64,000 bases of DNA, from contig CAMBSI010000002.1 of the NCBI GenBank assembly GCA_945870555.1, positions 14,486 through 78,485 on the forward strand, read 5' to 3'. This document shows positions 49,113 to 57,789 of the stretch, piece by piece (the stretch's first letter is position 1; each line of letters starts with the position of its first letter). The position numbers and the translations under genes were made by a program. Under the pieces are notes generated by a model. It saw only the letters and a list, made by a program, of their open reading frames with translations, was not told the origin of the DNA and did not search any database. This DNA is from Staphylococcus epidermidis. Its GTDB lineage: Bacteria > Bacillota_I > Bacilli_A > RFN20 > CAG-826.

Positions 49113-49895
49113 ATGTTGCAAAGTTTTTTCGCAGATGCTTACCAAGCTTGTTTGCTCGCAAGTCAAGCAATCATGGACATTTACAAAACTAATTTTACAT
49201 TTGAAAATAAAGAAGACGCGTCTCCCGTTACCATTGCCGACAAGAAAGCGGATTTAATTATTCGCCAATATTTAAAGGAACGATACCCAAATTTTGGGTT
49301 TCTAACTGAAGAATCAAGTGATGATTTTAGCCGCCTGCATAAAGAATATGTTTGGTTGGTAGATCCAATTGATGGTACCAAAGATTTTATTGCAAAAAAC
49401 GATGAGTTTACGATTAATGTTGCCCTTGTTCATCGTCAACAAGTGGTGGTTGGTATCGTCCATATCCCAGCAAAGAAACAAACGTATTATGCCATCAAAG
49501 GTCAAGGTTCTTTTTATCGCTTTCAAGATAAAGATCAACGGATTTTTGTTAATCATAAAAAAGAAAACTTAACGGTATTAACGTCCCGTTTTCATTTACA
49601 ACCTAATGAGGAAGAGATGATCAAGAAATATCAGCAACTCAACAAAATTACCACGATTGAAACATTTGGAAGTGCGATTAAAGCATGTAGAATCGCTCAT
49701 GGATTTGCTGAACTATCTTATCGCTTATCTCCTGGTACAAAAGAATGGGATACTGCTGCGAGTGACTTAATTGTCACAGAAGCAGGTGGTTTTTTCCTTA
49801 AACCTAATCAAGAAAAATACTGGTACAATCGTCAAGATGTTCGTAACTTAGAAGGTTATTTGATTTTAAATCGTATGGATAATTTCTTATTATGA
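49113..49895 (+). CDS. Inositol-monophosphatase-family phosphatase (CysQ-like 3'(2'),5'-bisphosphate nucleotidase)
   Basis: 260 aa with EESSD...WLVDPIDGTKDF and WDTAA motifs. Confidence 0.75.
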   Translation: MLQSFFADAYQACLLASQAIMDIYKTNFTFENKEDASPVTIADKKADLIIRQYLKERYPNFGFLTEESSDDFSRLHKEYVWLVDPIDGTKDFIAKNDEFTINVALVHRQQVVVGIVHIPAKKQTYYAIKGQGSFYRFQDKDQRIFVNHKKENLTVLTSRFHLQPNEEEMIKKYQQLNKITTIETFGSAIKACRIAHGFAELSYRLSPGTKEWDTAASDLIVTEAGGFFLKPNQEKYWYNRQDVRNLEGYLILNRMDNFLL

Positions 49896-51421
49896 AAAAA
49901 CAATTTATCCTTCTACCCTTGTTAATCGTGCTTGCATCATGCCAAGAAATCGGTGTATCTTTTTCGTCTTTGAGTGAAACTATTTCCAGTGAGAACTCAA
50001 ACGTTTCAACCTCGTCGTTGTCTGCTTCTGATAGTTCCCTTTCTTCCATATCTAGTTCTTCATTTGTTAACTCCTCAAGTGAACTACCACTTTTGGTCAC
50101 TTTGGATTTTTATAATCTGAATGATTTTCATGGAGCAGTTGATTACAATTCAAGCAACAAAGAAATCGGTATTAATCGATTAGCAAATTATTTTCAAAAT
50201 AAAGTCAGTAACAATCCCAATACGATCTTATTGTCGAGTGGTGATATGTGGCAGGGGAGTGCAGACAGCAACATCACCCGTGGACGCTTAGTGGTGGATG
50301 CGATGAACTTAATGGGCTTTGAGGCAATGGCCATTGGTAATCATGAGTTTGATTGGACCGATGAATACATCATCACCAACCAATTACGATCCAACTTTCC
50401 CCTTCTGGGAATCAACATCATGGATCAACGTACGGAAGCACGCGCAGCTTTTGCTGATGCTTCAATATTAATTGAAAGAACAGGTATTCAAATTGGCATC
50501 ATTGGTACGATTGGTTCGGAATTAGAAAGTTCAATTTTAACCAGTGCAGTTCGGGATTATTCATTTGTGCCATACACCAACTTAGTCATGCAAGAAAGTA
50601 ATCGCCTAAGGACACTCGGTGCCGATCTAATTATTTTGTTAAATCATGATGGGACGGTTGAAAATGGTGTGATGCCTTACGTTGATGCAGTTTTTAATGG
50701 GCATACGCATCGTCGAGAAGTCTTTCACATCGATGGCAAACCTGTCTATCAAGGTCAAGCATATGGCCAAGCCATTAGTCACGTTCGATTCGTTATCAAT
50801 ACATCCACCATGGAACCAAGTTTTATTCAATCTCAATCAGGAGTATATACCTTTGATACCTTATTAAATGCCAACCAAATCGGTACAGAAAATCCTGAAA
50901 TGAAAGCATTGTATGACCAATATTTAGTTGACGAAATCAATGACGTCAAGAATGAAGTTCTAGGTACGGCTGATGGCGCATTTTCTCGAAATCAACTTGG
51001 AAACTTAGCAGTTGACGAGATGTTGCGGTATGGTCAAGAGGTGAAACCTGAGGTTGTGGCAAGCTTTCACAATACAGGTGGGGTTCGATCCGCCATTGAT
51101 ACCGGGACAGTGACCTATGGAGAACTATACAAAGCGTTTCCATTTGACAACGAATTGATGATTGTCGAAGTGACAGGTGATGACTTACTATGGTGGCTAT
51201 CCGAAAATTTATATGCTGCCACGATTCCAAATTTAACGCCGATCCAAACTAATCAGACTTACTGGATTATTTCAATTAACTACTTAACCGAAAAACATCT
51301 CGAGTCCAATAGTTATCCGCATGATTTAACTTCCGTAATCAATACTTATGCTTATATTCGTGAGCAATTAAAAACCCGGTGGTTATTTGAAGGAACCATC
51401 CGGGCGAGTGATTTCAGTTAA
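49892..51421 (+). CDS. Lipoprotein, bifunctional metallophosphatase/5'-nucleotidase family
   Basis: Lipobox LLIVLASC, a Ser-rich linker, then NDFHG, GDMWQGS, GNHEFD, GHTH and a 5'-nucleotidase C-terminal domain. ATGA overlap with the upstream gene. Confidence 0.8.
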   Translation: MKKQFILLPLLIVLASCQEIGVSFSSLSETISSENSNVSTSSLSASDSSLSSISSSSFVNSSSELPLLVTLDFYNLNDFHGAVDYNSSNKEIGINRLANYFQNKVSNNPNTILLSSGDMWQGSADSNITRGRLVVDAMNLMGFEAMAIGNHEFDWTDEYIITNQLRSNFPLLGINIMDQRTEARAAFADASILIERTGIQIGIIGTIGSELESSILTSAVRDYSFVPYTNLVMQESNRLRTLGADLIILLNHDGTVENGVMPYVDAVFNGHTHRREVFHIDGKPVYQGQAYGQAISHVRFVINTSTMEPSFIQSQSGVYTFDTLLNANQIGTENPEMKALYDQYLVDEINDVKNEVLGTADGAFSRNQLGNLAVDEMLRYGQEVKPEVVASFHNTGGVRSAIDTGTVTYGELYKAFPFDNELMIVEVTGDDLLWWLSENLYAATIPNLTPIQTNQTYWIISINYLTEKHLESNSYPHDLTSVINTYAYIREQLKTRWLFEGTIRASDFS

Positions 51422-51428
51422 GTTAAGA

Positions 51429-51695
51429 CTATTTCAATTGTAATTCTTGTGGCAAAGCTTGGGGTTTTTCACTTGCAAGTTTAACCGCAAGGACTCCAGG
51501 CACTTCTTCCATCAAAATCACTTCTAATCCGCCTGACATGGTTGAATCAATCAATCCACAAGAAGAGCAAGCACCTTCCATCCGTAGATAAACAATGCCA
51601 TCTACAAAGGAATCAAATTCAACATTACCGCCATCACGGATAATGAAAGGACGAATTTTATCTAAGGCTTCTTCGATTTGTTGTTCAATGGTCAT
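51429..51695 (-). CDS. nfuA: NifU/Nfu-type Fe-S cluster carrier domain protein
   Basis: Start at ATG 51695 (MTIEQQIEEALDKIRPFIIRDGGNVEF...GACSSCG). The track's longer N-terminus runs over a terminator. Confidence 0.8.
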   Translation of the reverse strand: MTIEQQIEEALDKIRPFIIRDGGNVEFDSFVDGIVYLRMEGACSSCGLIDSTMSGGLEVILMEEVPGVLAVKLASEKPQALPQELQLK

Positions 51696-51701
51696 ATTGA
51701 C

Positions 51702-51730
51702 ATCATAACGATTATTTGGTGACACTGCAA
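51702..51730 (-). promoter_or_regulatory. Promoter giving a leaderless nfu mRNA
   Basis: Minus strand reads TTGCAG (51730-51725), a 17-nt spacer, TATGAT (51707-51702), gtcaat, then ATG 51695. No SD. Confidence 0.45.
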
Positions 51731-51747
51731 TCAATACGATTTTTAAT

Positions 51748-51775
51748 AAAAAAACCATCATTTTTAAGGATGGTT
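51748..51775 (-). terminator. Rho-independent terminator after the tRNA cluster
   Basis: Minus strand has aaccatc / gatggtt stem with a 9-nt loop, followed by TTTTTTT, immediately after the tRNA-Leu 3' end. Confidence 0.75.
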
Positions 51776-51862
51776 TGGTGCCCGGGGACGGACTTGAACC
51801 GTCATGGTGTCGCCACCGCAGGATTTTAAGTCCTGTGCGTCTACCGATTTCGCCACCTGGGC
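51776..51862 (-). tRNA. tRNA-Leu (anticodon UAA), CCA encoded
   Basis: Cloverleaf folded by hand: GCCCAGG acceptor, anticodon loop CTTAAAA, long variable arm, TTCAAGT T-loop. One A5:C68 mismatch in the acceptor stem. Confidence 0.88.
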
Positions 51863-51869
51863 TAAGCTT

Positions 51870-51946
51870 TGGTCTCCCGCGAAGGAATCGAACCTTCGAC
51901 CCCTTGATTAAAAGTCAAGTGCTCTAACCGTCTGAGCTAGCGGGAG
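51870..51946 (-). tRNA. tRNA-Lys (anticodon UUU), CCA encoded
   Basis: CTCCCGC/GCGGGAG acceptor, D-arm GCTC..GAGC, anticodon loop CTTTTAA, T-arm GAAGG TTCGATT CCTTC. Confidence 0.88.
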
Positions 51947-51953
51947 TCAATGT

Positions 51954-52028
51954 TGGCTGGGGTACCTGGGATCGAACCAGGGAATGATAGAGTCAAAGTC
52001 TATTGCCTTACCACTTGGCTATACCCCA
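51954..52028 (-). tRNA. tRNA-Gln (anticodon UUG), CCA encoded
   Basis: TGGGGTA/TACCCCA acceptor (U1-A72), anticodon loop CTTTGAC, T-arm CCTGG TTCGATC CCAGG. Confidence 0.9.
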
Positions 52029-52036
52029 AACGACGA

Positions 52037-52120
52037 TGGTGGAGGCTGGTGGATTCGAACCACCGAACCCGAGGGAACTGATTTACAGTCAGCTGCGTTT
52101 GGCCGCTTCGCTAAGCCTCC
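52037..52120 (-). tRNA. tRNA-Tyr (anticodon GUA), CCA encoded
   Basis: GGAGGCT/AGCCTCC acceptor, anticodon loop CTGTAAA, long variable arm, T-arm GGTGG TTCGAAT CCACC. Confidence 0.9.
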
Positions 52121-52146
52121 ATCGGTGCGATCACACTGGTAGCACA

Positions 52147-52222
52147 TGGTGGATGTTGAGGGGTTCGAACCCCCGACCTCCGCCGTGTAAAGGCGATGCT
52201 CTCCCAACTGAGCTAAACATCC
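52147..52222 (-). tRNA. tRNA-Val (anticodon UAC), CCA encoded
   Basis: GGATGTT/AACATCC acceptor, GCTCAGTTGGGAGAGC D-arm, anticodon loop TTTACAC, TTCGAAC T-loop. Confidence 0.9.
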
Positions 52223-52245
52223 CTTGGGCGTACGCGTGCTCACTT

Positions 52246-52274
52246 AATATATCAAAACACTCTTTTCTAGTCAA
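52246..52274 (-). promoter_or_regulatory. Sigma-A-type promoter for the tRNA cluster
   Basis: Minus strand reads TTGACT (52274-52269), a 17-nt spacer, then TATATT (52251-52246), about 24 nt upstream of the tRNA-Val 5' end. Confidence 0.55.
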
Positions 52275-52301
52275 TGAAAAACCTCTAGGAATGAGGATGA
52301 T

Positions 52302-53585
52302 TTAATAGCCTTTTTTGCCCAATAAGCGAAACATATTTCGTTTATAAATTTCCACGCCTGGTTGATTAAATGGATTAATACCCAACAGATAACCAGAATA
52401 TGCACATGCTTTCATAAAGAAGTAGAGCAAATGACCTAAATGATGAGCATCCATTTGATCAAGGATAATTTGTATGACAGGAACTTGACCTTCTTCGACA
52501 TGAGCCTGAAGGGTTCCTAAATATGCTTTTTCATTGACATAAGATAACGGTTTGCCTGCTAAGTAATTAAGTCCGTCTGCATCATTGCTGCTCTGTGGAA
52601 TCGATAAGTCTAACAGCGGTTTTTTAACAAACAACACCGTTTCAAATAGAATCGGGGAACCATCTTGAATGAATTGCCCAACACTATGAAGATCGGTACT
52701 AAAGGAAACGGAACCAGGCAATAAACCTTTATTTTCTTTGCCTTCTGATTCAGCAAATAATTGCTTTAACCATTCTGCAATCATGGCAAATTGTGGTTCG
52801 TAGGTCACAAACATTTCCACTGACTTTTCTTGATAAAGTTGATGACGAGCAATGGCATATTGAACCGCGAGGTTGGTTGCTACTTGGTTGTTACTATACT
52901 TATCCATTGCTTCTTTTGCACCCGCCATCAAGGCTTGAATATCAATTCCTGCTACAGCGATTGGCAATAAGCCAACTGCCGTTAGAACCGAATATCGGCC
53001 ACCAATGTCATCAGGTAAATGGAATGTCACATATTTTTCTTGAATGGCTAATGCTCTTAACGCCCCTTTTTCTTTATCCGTGGTTGCAAAAATCGCTTTG
53101 CGTGCCTCGACTTCGCCAATCTTCTTTTCTAAAAGAGCTTTGAGTAAACGAAAGGCAATTGAGGTTTCAGTGGTTGTTCCTGATTTAGAAATGACGTTGA
53201 TGGCAAAGGTTTTGTTTTCTAAGTAATGGAGTATTTGTTGGGTATATGTCGGTGAAAAGGTTTGGCCAAGGTAAATAATTTCAACTTGTTTTTCCTTGGA
53301 AGGATATAACCCTTTGATTGCGTCAATAACTGCACGTGCCCCAAGATAAGATCCACCAATCCCACATACAACTAAAACCTGAAAACGTTCACGAATTTGT
53401 TTTGCAGTCTTTTGAATCAAAGCAAACTCATTTTTATCATATGTAGCAGGCCATTTATCCCAACCTAAAAAATCTCCTCCTGGTCCATTTTTTGCGCTTA
53501 TCATTTCGCTGATTCGGTTAATTCGGTCCTGATAATCGGAAAAAGATCCTTTGATTTTGGCGTGATTCAATAGTAATGAGAGCAT
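52302..53585 (-). CDS. pgi: Glucose-6-phosphate isomerase
   Basis: Start at ATG 53585 (MLSLLLNHAK...) with ggaggag RBS inside the upstream gene. Firmicute-type ~427 aa PGI (GIGGSYLGARA). Confidence 0.93.
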   Translation of the reverse strand: MLSLLLNHAKIKGSFSDYQDRINRISEMISAKNGPGGDFLGWDKWPATYDKNEFALIQKTAKQIRERFQVLVVCGIGGSYLGARAVIDAIKGLYPSKEKQVEIIYLGQTFSPTYTQQILHYLENKTFAINVISKSGTTTETSIAFRLLKALLEKKIGEVEARKAIFATTDKEKGALRALAIQEKYVTFHLPDDIGGRYSVLTAVGLLPIAVAGIDIQALMAGAKEAMDKYSNNQVATNLAVQYAIARHQLYQEKSVEMFVTYEPQFAMIAEWLKQLFAESEGKENKGLLPGSVSFSTDLHSVGQFIQDGSPILFETVLFVKKPLLDLSIPQSSNDADGLNYLAGKPLSYVNEKAYLGTLQAHVEEGQVPVIQIILDQMDAHHLGHLLYFFMKACAYSGYLLGINPFNQPGVEIYKRNMFRLLGKKGY

Positions 53586-53587
53586 GG

Positions 53588-53962
53588 TTACTCCTCCATT
53601 TTCTTTTTTTGTAAATCGATCCAACTTGGAAGCATCTTTTTTAGGGGTGAGAAATCAATCTCATGAGGGGGAACTTTTGACCAAAAAGGGTGAGCAGTGT
53701 CAATTAATTCCTCTCGTTTATAAAGCCTTTTGACGGATAACTTTAAGTGTTGGTTACTTAAATCTATCGCCAAGACCTTAACCCGGACATATTCCCCGAC
53801 AATCAGGTAGGTTTCAATACGTTTCACGTATTCATCTGAAATTTCCGATATATGCACCAAACCTTTTTGACCGTTTGGAAATCCAATAAAAGCTCCATAT
53901 GGTTGGATATCTATGACTTTTCCAACAATGATTTCATCGATTTGGTAACTATCATTCATCAT
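53588..53962 (-). CDS. S1 RNA-binding domain protein (YabR/CvfD-like)
   Basis: 124 aa: GKVIDIQPYGAFIGFPNGQKGLVHISEISDEYV. Confidence 0.8.
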   Translation of the reverse strand: MMNDSYQIDEIIVGKVIDIQPYGAFIGFPNGQKGLVHISEISDEYVKRIETYLIVGEYVRVKVLAIDLSNQHLKLSVKRLYKREELIDTAHPFWSKVPPHEIDFSPLKKMLPSWIDLQKKKMEE

Positions 53963-54648
53963 TTTTTTAACAGTGCTTTCAAGAGTGAAAGATCATCTTG
54001 CGTAACAACCTTGAAGTTTAACCGACTGCCATTCATGACAAAAACTTTTTTACCCATGACGGTTAATAAACTTGCATCATCACTTGCCGTTTTAATCTTT
54101 AGTTTTCTCGCATGCTCATGGGCGTTGAGAATGGTTTGAAATTGAAAGGCTTGTGGGGTTTGTGTTAAGTAAATGTCTTGCTTCGCAACATAATTTTCTA
54201 GAGTCGCAGATTCATCCACGACAAACAGGGAATCGTTCACGTGTCTACCGAGTGTAATTGCGGGATGATTTTTTAAGCCCAGGATTAATCCATCAATTAA
54301 GGAAACACTGACTAACGGTCTGGCGACGTCATGAATTAACACATGATCAGGTTTGGTATGAAGATGCGCATATAAAAGACCTTGATAACTAGATTCTTGG
54401 CGAGTTTTTCCACCTACAATAACGTGAATGGTTTTCTTTTTTGTCCATGGTTTCACTTCATCTTGGACCACGGCAAGTGATTTTTCATTCACGACAAGGA
54501 TGATTTGATCTATTTTTTTATGATTAACAAAAGTCGCTAAGGAATATTGGTAAAGTTTTTTACCCTGGATGGTTAAAAATTGTTTTGGTGTAACCGCACC
54601 TTGTAGTCTTAAGCCTTCGCCTGCAGCTAACAATATTGCGGTGATCAT
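53959..54648 (-). CDS. IspD/TarI-family cytidylyltransferase
   Basis: 229 aa with AILLAAGEGLRL, PKQFL, GGKTRQES, HDVARP, QTPQAF and SDDASLL motifs. Confidence 0.75.
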   Translation of the reverse strand: MITAILLAAGEGLRLQGAVTPKQFLTIQGKKLYQYSLATFVNHKKIDQIILVVNEKSLAVVQDEVKPWTKKKTIHVIVGGKTRQESSYQGLLYAHLHTKPDHVLIHDVARPLVSVSLIDGLILGLKNHPAITLGRHVNDSLFVVDESATLENYVAKQDIYLTQTPQAFQFQTILNAHEHARKLKIKTASDDASLLTVMGKKVFVMNGSRLNFKVVTQDDLSLLKALLKK

Positions 54649-55469
54649 TTTTTTACTTCTTTGAGTTCTAACAACTCACTAATTGCCATTTGTTGGAGAT
54701 TTAATTTAATGACTTTCTCAAGTAATGAATTTTGCGAATAATCTGCCTCACAGACAAAATTGACACGTTCGTCTTGGATCAGTAACTTAGCTTTTTCGAT
54801 ATGACCCTTTGAATAAACCGCAATCGATTTTCCGCCATGTTCTTTTGCCATCAACATTGCTGGCACATCAGTCAATCCATCACCGATATAAATTAAATTA
54901 CGATATTTAATTCTCTTTTCTTTGGTTCTTTCATTAACTTTATCATCTTCAGATTGATTCAAGATGCCTTTAGCGATTCTAAAAAAATATTGCGTTTTCA
55001 TCGTGTAATTGATTGCAATTTTTGGCCAAATGGCTTCTTTTGTTTGTTCTGAAAATAAGAATTCACATCCAAAAATCTTTGTAAATTCTTTAGCAATTTT
55101 TGTACCTTCAATAATTTCTTTAGTTCCCGAAGTAATGATGTAATGCTCAACCATCACGCCTTGGCTTTCGCCAAATTGATTAATCCTTTTAAACCACGTT
55201 TCTAGACCAGGAAAAAAACGAACACTTTTACCAAGAGAATATAGATACTCTTTTGTAAGCTTTATTCCTAACTTTTTACTTTCTTCAATCATCATGTACA
55301 TATAAGAAAGTATTTTTTCCATCCCAAATTTTATAGAGTTTTGATTAGTTTTTTCCCAAAATTCCTCTGGTTTCATACCCAATGAAGGAATAAAACTAAA
55401 GTTTTGTAAATCCTCAACTGCCAAGGTCCGATCAAAATCATAAACAATACCAACAATTGGTTTTTTCAT
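54645..55469 (-). CDS. HAD-superfamily hydrolase (phosphatase-like)
   Basis: 274 aa with motif I VYDFDRT and C-terminal IYIGDGLTDVP. Confidence 0.65.
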   Translation of the reverse strand: MKKPIVGIVYDFDRTLAVEDLQNFSFIPSLGMKPEEFWEKTNQNSIKFGMEKILSYMYMMIEESKKLGIKLTKEYLYSLGKSVRFFPGLETWFKRINQFGESQGVMVEHYIITSGTKEIIEGTKIAKEFTKIFGCEFLFSEQTKEAIWPKIAINYTMKTQYFFRIAKGILNQSEDDKVNERTKEKRIKYRNLIYIGDGLTDVPAMLMAKEHGGKSIAVYSKGHIEKAKLLIQDERVNFVCEADYSQNSLLEKVIKLNLQQMAISELLELKEVKK

Positions 55470-55475
55470 GTAAAC

Positions 55476-55484
55476 ATTTTATCA
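55476..55484 (-). promoter_or_regulatory. Extended -10 (TGaTAAAAT) 6 nt before the HAD ATG (leaderless geometry)
   Basis: The minus strand reads tatgataaaat gtttac ATG(55469). No SD. Confidence 0.4.
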
Positions 55485-55601
55485 TAAATACCCACAAAAA
55501 TGGAACAAAGACTCAATTTTTCAGTATGAATTTTGGTTCTTAATGATAGAAAGTAATCTATCTGAATCTTCTTTGGATTTGAATTTACAACTTTACAAAT
55601 A

Positions 55602-55610
55602 TGGTATAAT
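55602..55610 (+). promoter_or_regulatory. Extended -10 (TGgTATAAT) for the LemA-like gene
   Basis: tggtataat at 55602-55610, 12 nt before ATG 55623. No SD, so the leader is very short or absent. Confidence 0.5.
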
Positions 55611-55622
55611 TTACTCGTATTC

Positions 55623-56150
55623 ATGGAACCAATTAATCTTATTTTCTTGATTGTTGTGATCATCATTGGAATTTATTTAATTTTCGGGATTTTTTATGGT
55701 TTTCAAATGAGAAGTTTTTATCGCCAACTCACTAAAAGAAAAGATGCAATTGATGTTTTAACTGCTCAGAAATACGATTTATTGAGAATGATCGGGAAAC
55801 TATTTGTTAAACATCACATTGATGTACCACAAGAGTTTATTCTTTCCAAAAGACCTCGATTCGAAGATACCTTACAAAACATTAAAGACACTGAACGTAC
55901 CATCGTAAAAAGTTTTTTGATTCAAACTGCTCAAGCCTTATTTTATTACGGAGAACAAAATCAAGCGCTATCCATTAACCCTGAATATGTCTCTCTAAAG
56001 AAGTCATTAGCTGAAGTTGATGAGTTGTTTCGAAAGCAAGTCGCCATTTATAACGCGTCGGTCACGAACTATAATTGGTGGCATTTATTCTTTTTATACC
56101 GTTGGATTTCAATCTTATTAAGATATCAATCAAAAGAATTGATTTCTTAG
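55623..56150 (+). CDS. LemA-like membrane-anchored protein
   Basis: 175 aa with an N-terminal TM, a helical body, and a C-terminal R..V.IYNASVTNYN pattern resembling LemA family. Confidence 0.45.
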   Translation: MEPINLIFLIVVIIIGIYLIFGIFYGFQMRSFYRQLTKRKDAIDVLTAQKYDLLRMIGKLFVKHHIDVPQEFILSKRPRFEDTLQNIKDTERTIVKSFLIQTAQALFYYGEQNQALSINPEYVSLKKSLAEVDELFRKQVAIYNASVTNYNWWHLFFLYRWISILLRYQSKELIS

Positions 56151-56172
56151 CATATAGATAAAGAGGAAAAAT

Positions 56173-57768
56173 ATGAAAAAACCAGTCATTCTTATCATTA
56201 TGGACGGTTACGGGATTCGAAAAGAAACCTACGGAAATGCGATTGCTAAGGCCAAGAAGCCTAATCTTGACCGTTACTTCTCAACCTACCCTTATACTGA
56301 AATCGAAGCATCAGGACTCATGGTTGGTTTACCCAAAGGACAAATGGGAAATTCCGAAGTGGGTCACCTTAATATCGGTGCAGGTAGAATCGTTTATCAA
56401 TCGCTGACGCTAATTGATCAAGCCATTTTGGATGGTAGTTTTTATCAAAATCAAACCTATATAAAGGCAATGCAATGGGCAAAAACCAAAGGAAAGAAAC
56501 TCCACATTATTGGCTTAGTATCTGATGGTGGGGTTCATTCTCATTTAGAACACCTTCAAGCAATAATTCGTCTCGCGCATCAACAAAAAGTTCAAAAAGT
56601 ATATTTCCATGCTTTCATGGATGGTCGTGACGTTGCCCCTCAATTGGGTGAAACCTATATTAAGGCTTTACTTGAAACGATGGCAACAGAAAAAACAGGT
56701 CAACTTGCTACCATTGGTGGTCGATACTATGCAATGGATCGTGATAAAAATTTAGCGAGGGTTGCGAAGGCTTATGATGTGATGGTTGATCAAAAAGGGC
56801 CAAGTTTTAAGGATTATCGTCAATATTTTAAAGAGCAATACGCCAACCTTCCAAAAGAAGGAAAAGACCCAAGTGATGAATTTTTAATTCCCCATTTTGC
56901 AGAAGGTGTGAATGGGAAAATAGAACATGGCGATGCAGTTATTTTTATGAACTTTCGACCCGATCGGGCAATTCAATTTTGCACGTTACTAACTAACCCA
57001 AGTTTCTATGCAAACCCTCCTTTAAAAGACGGTAAACCTTCTTGGATTGCATACCAACCGCAAACACAGTTAAAGGATATTTTCCTTGCTCAAACCATGA
57101 AATATGCAGATTCTGTAAAAGGTGAAATCGCCTTTAAACTTCCAACGTTAGATAACACGTTAGGTCCATGGTTGGCAAAACACGATAAAACCCAACTCAG
57201 AATCGCTGAAACGGAAAAGTATCCACATGTTACTTTCTTTTTCGATGGAACCATTAACTATGATGGGGTAGAAAAACCAGAATTAAAAGGTTCTCGCCGT
57301 GTTTTGATTAACTCTCCTAAAGTTGCCACCTATGACCTTCAACCAGAAATGAGTGCTTATCAAGTTCGCGATGCTTTGATTAAGGAACTTAATCAAGGCG
57401 ATTTAGACGTTGCAATTGTCAATTTTGCAAATTGCGATATGGTTGGCCATACTGCAGTTGAAAAAGCGGTCGTGAAGTCCGTTGAAGTTGTCGATGAATG
57501 TGTTGGGACAATTATTGATTGGTCCAAGAAAAATGGCGCGAAGTTAATTGTGACTGCTGACCATGGAAATGCGGATCAAATTTTAACGGCTGATGGTAAG
57601 CCTCACACTGCGCACACCACCAACTTAGTTCCCGTCTGTATCAACATCCCTGGTATCAAATTAATGGCAAAGGGTGGGAAATTAGGTAATCTAGCCCCCA
57701 CCATCTTGGATTTGTTAGGTTTAGATAAACCAGTTGAAATGACAGAGAAAAGTCTTATTATTAAGTAA
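56173..57768 (+). CDS. gpmI: 2,3-bisphosphoglycerate-independent phosphoglycerate mutase
   Basis: 531 aa: ILIIMDGYG, NSEVGHLNIGAGR, ADHGNAD. Confidence 0.95.
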   Translation: MKKPVILIIMDGYGIRKETYGNAIAKAKKPNLDRYFSTYPYTEIEASGLMVGLPKGQMGNSEVGHLNIGAGRIVYQSLTLIDQAILDGSFYQNQTYIKAMQWAKTKGKKLHIIGLVSDGGVHSHLEHLQAIIRLAHQQKVQKVYFHAFMDGRDVAPQLGETYIKALLETMATEKTGQLATIGGRYYAMDRDKNLARVAKAYDVMVDQKGPSFKDYRQYFKEQYANLPKEGKDPSDEFLIPHFAEGVNGKIEHGDAVIFMNFRPDRAIQFCTLLTNPSFYANPPLKDGKPSWIAYQPQTQLKDIFLAQTMKYADSVKGEIAFKLPTLDNTLGPWLAKHDKTQLRIAETEKYPHVTFFFDGTINYDGVEKPELKGSRRVLINSPKVATYDLQPEMSAYQVRDALIKELNQGDLDVAIVNFANCDMVGHTAVEKAVVKSVEVVDECVGTIIDWSKKNGAKLIVTADHGNADQILTADGKPHTAHTTNLVPVCINIPGIKLMAKGGKLGNLAPTILDLLGLDKPVEMTEKSLIIK

Positions 57769-57789
57769 ATACATCCATGGAGGCCCAAA

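Noticed and set aside
52003-52305. Track ORFs 52003-52305 (+) and 52019-52243 (-)
   Set aside because: They are read-through of the tRNA-Gln, Tyr and Val genes and are not coding.
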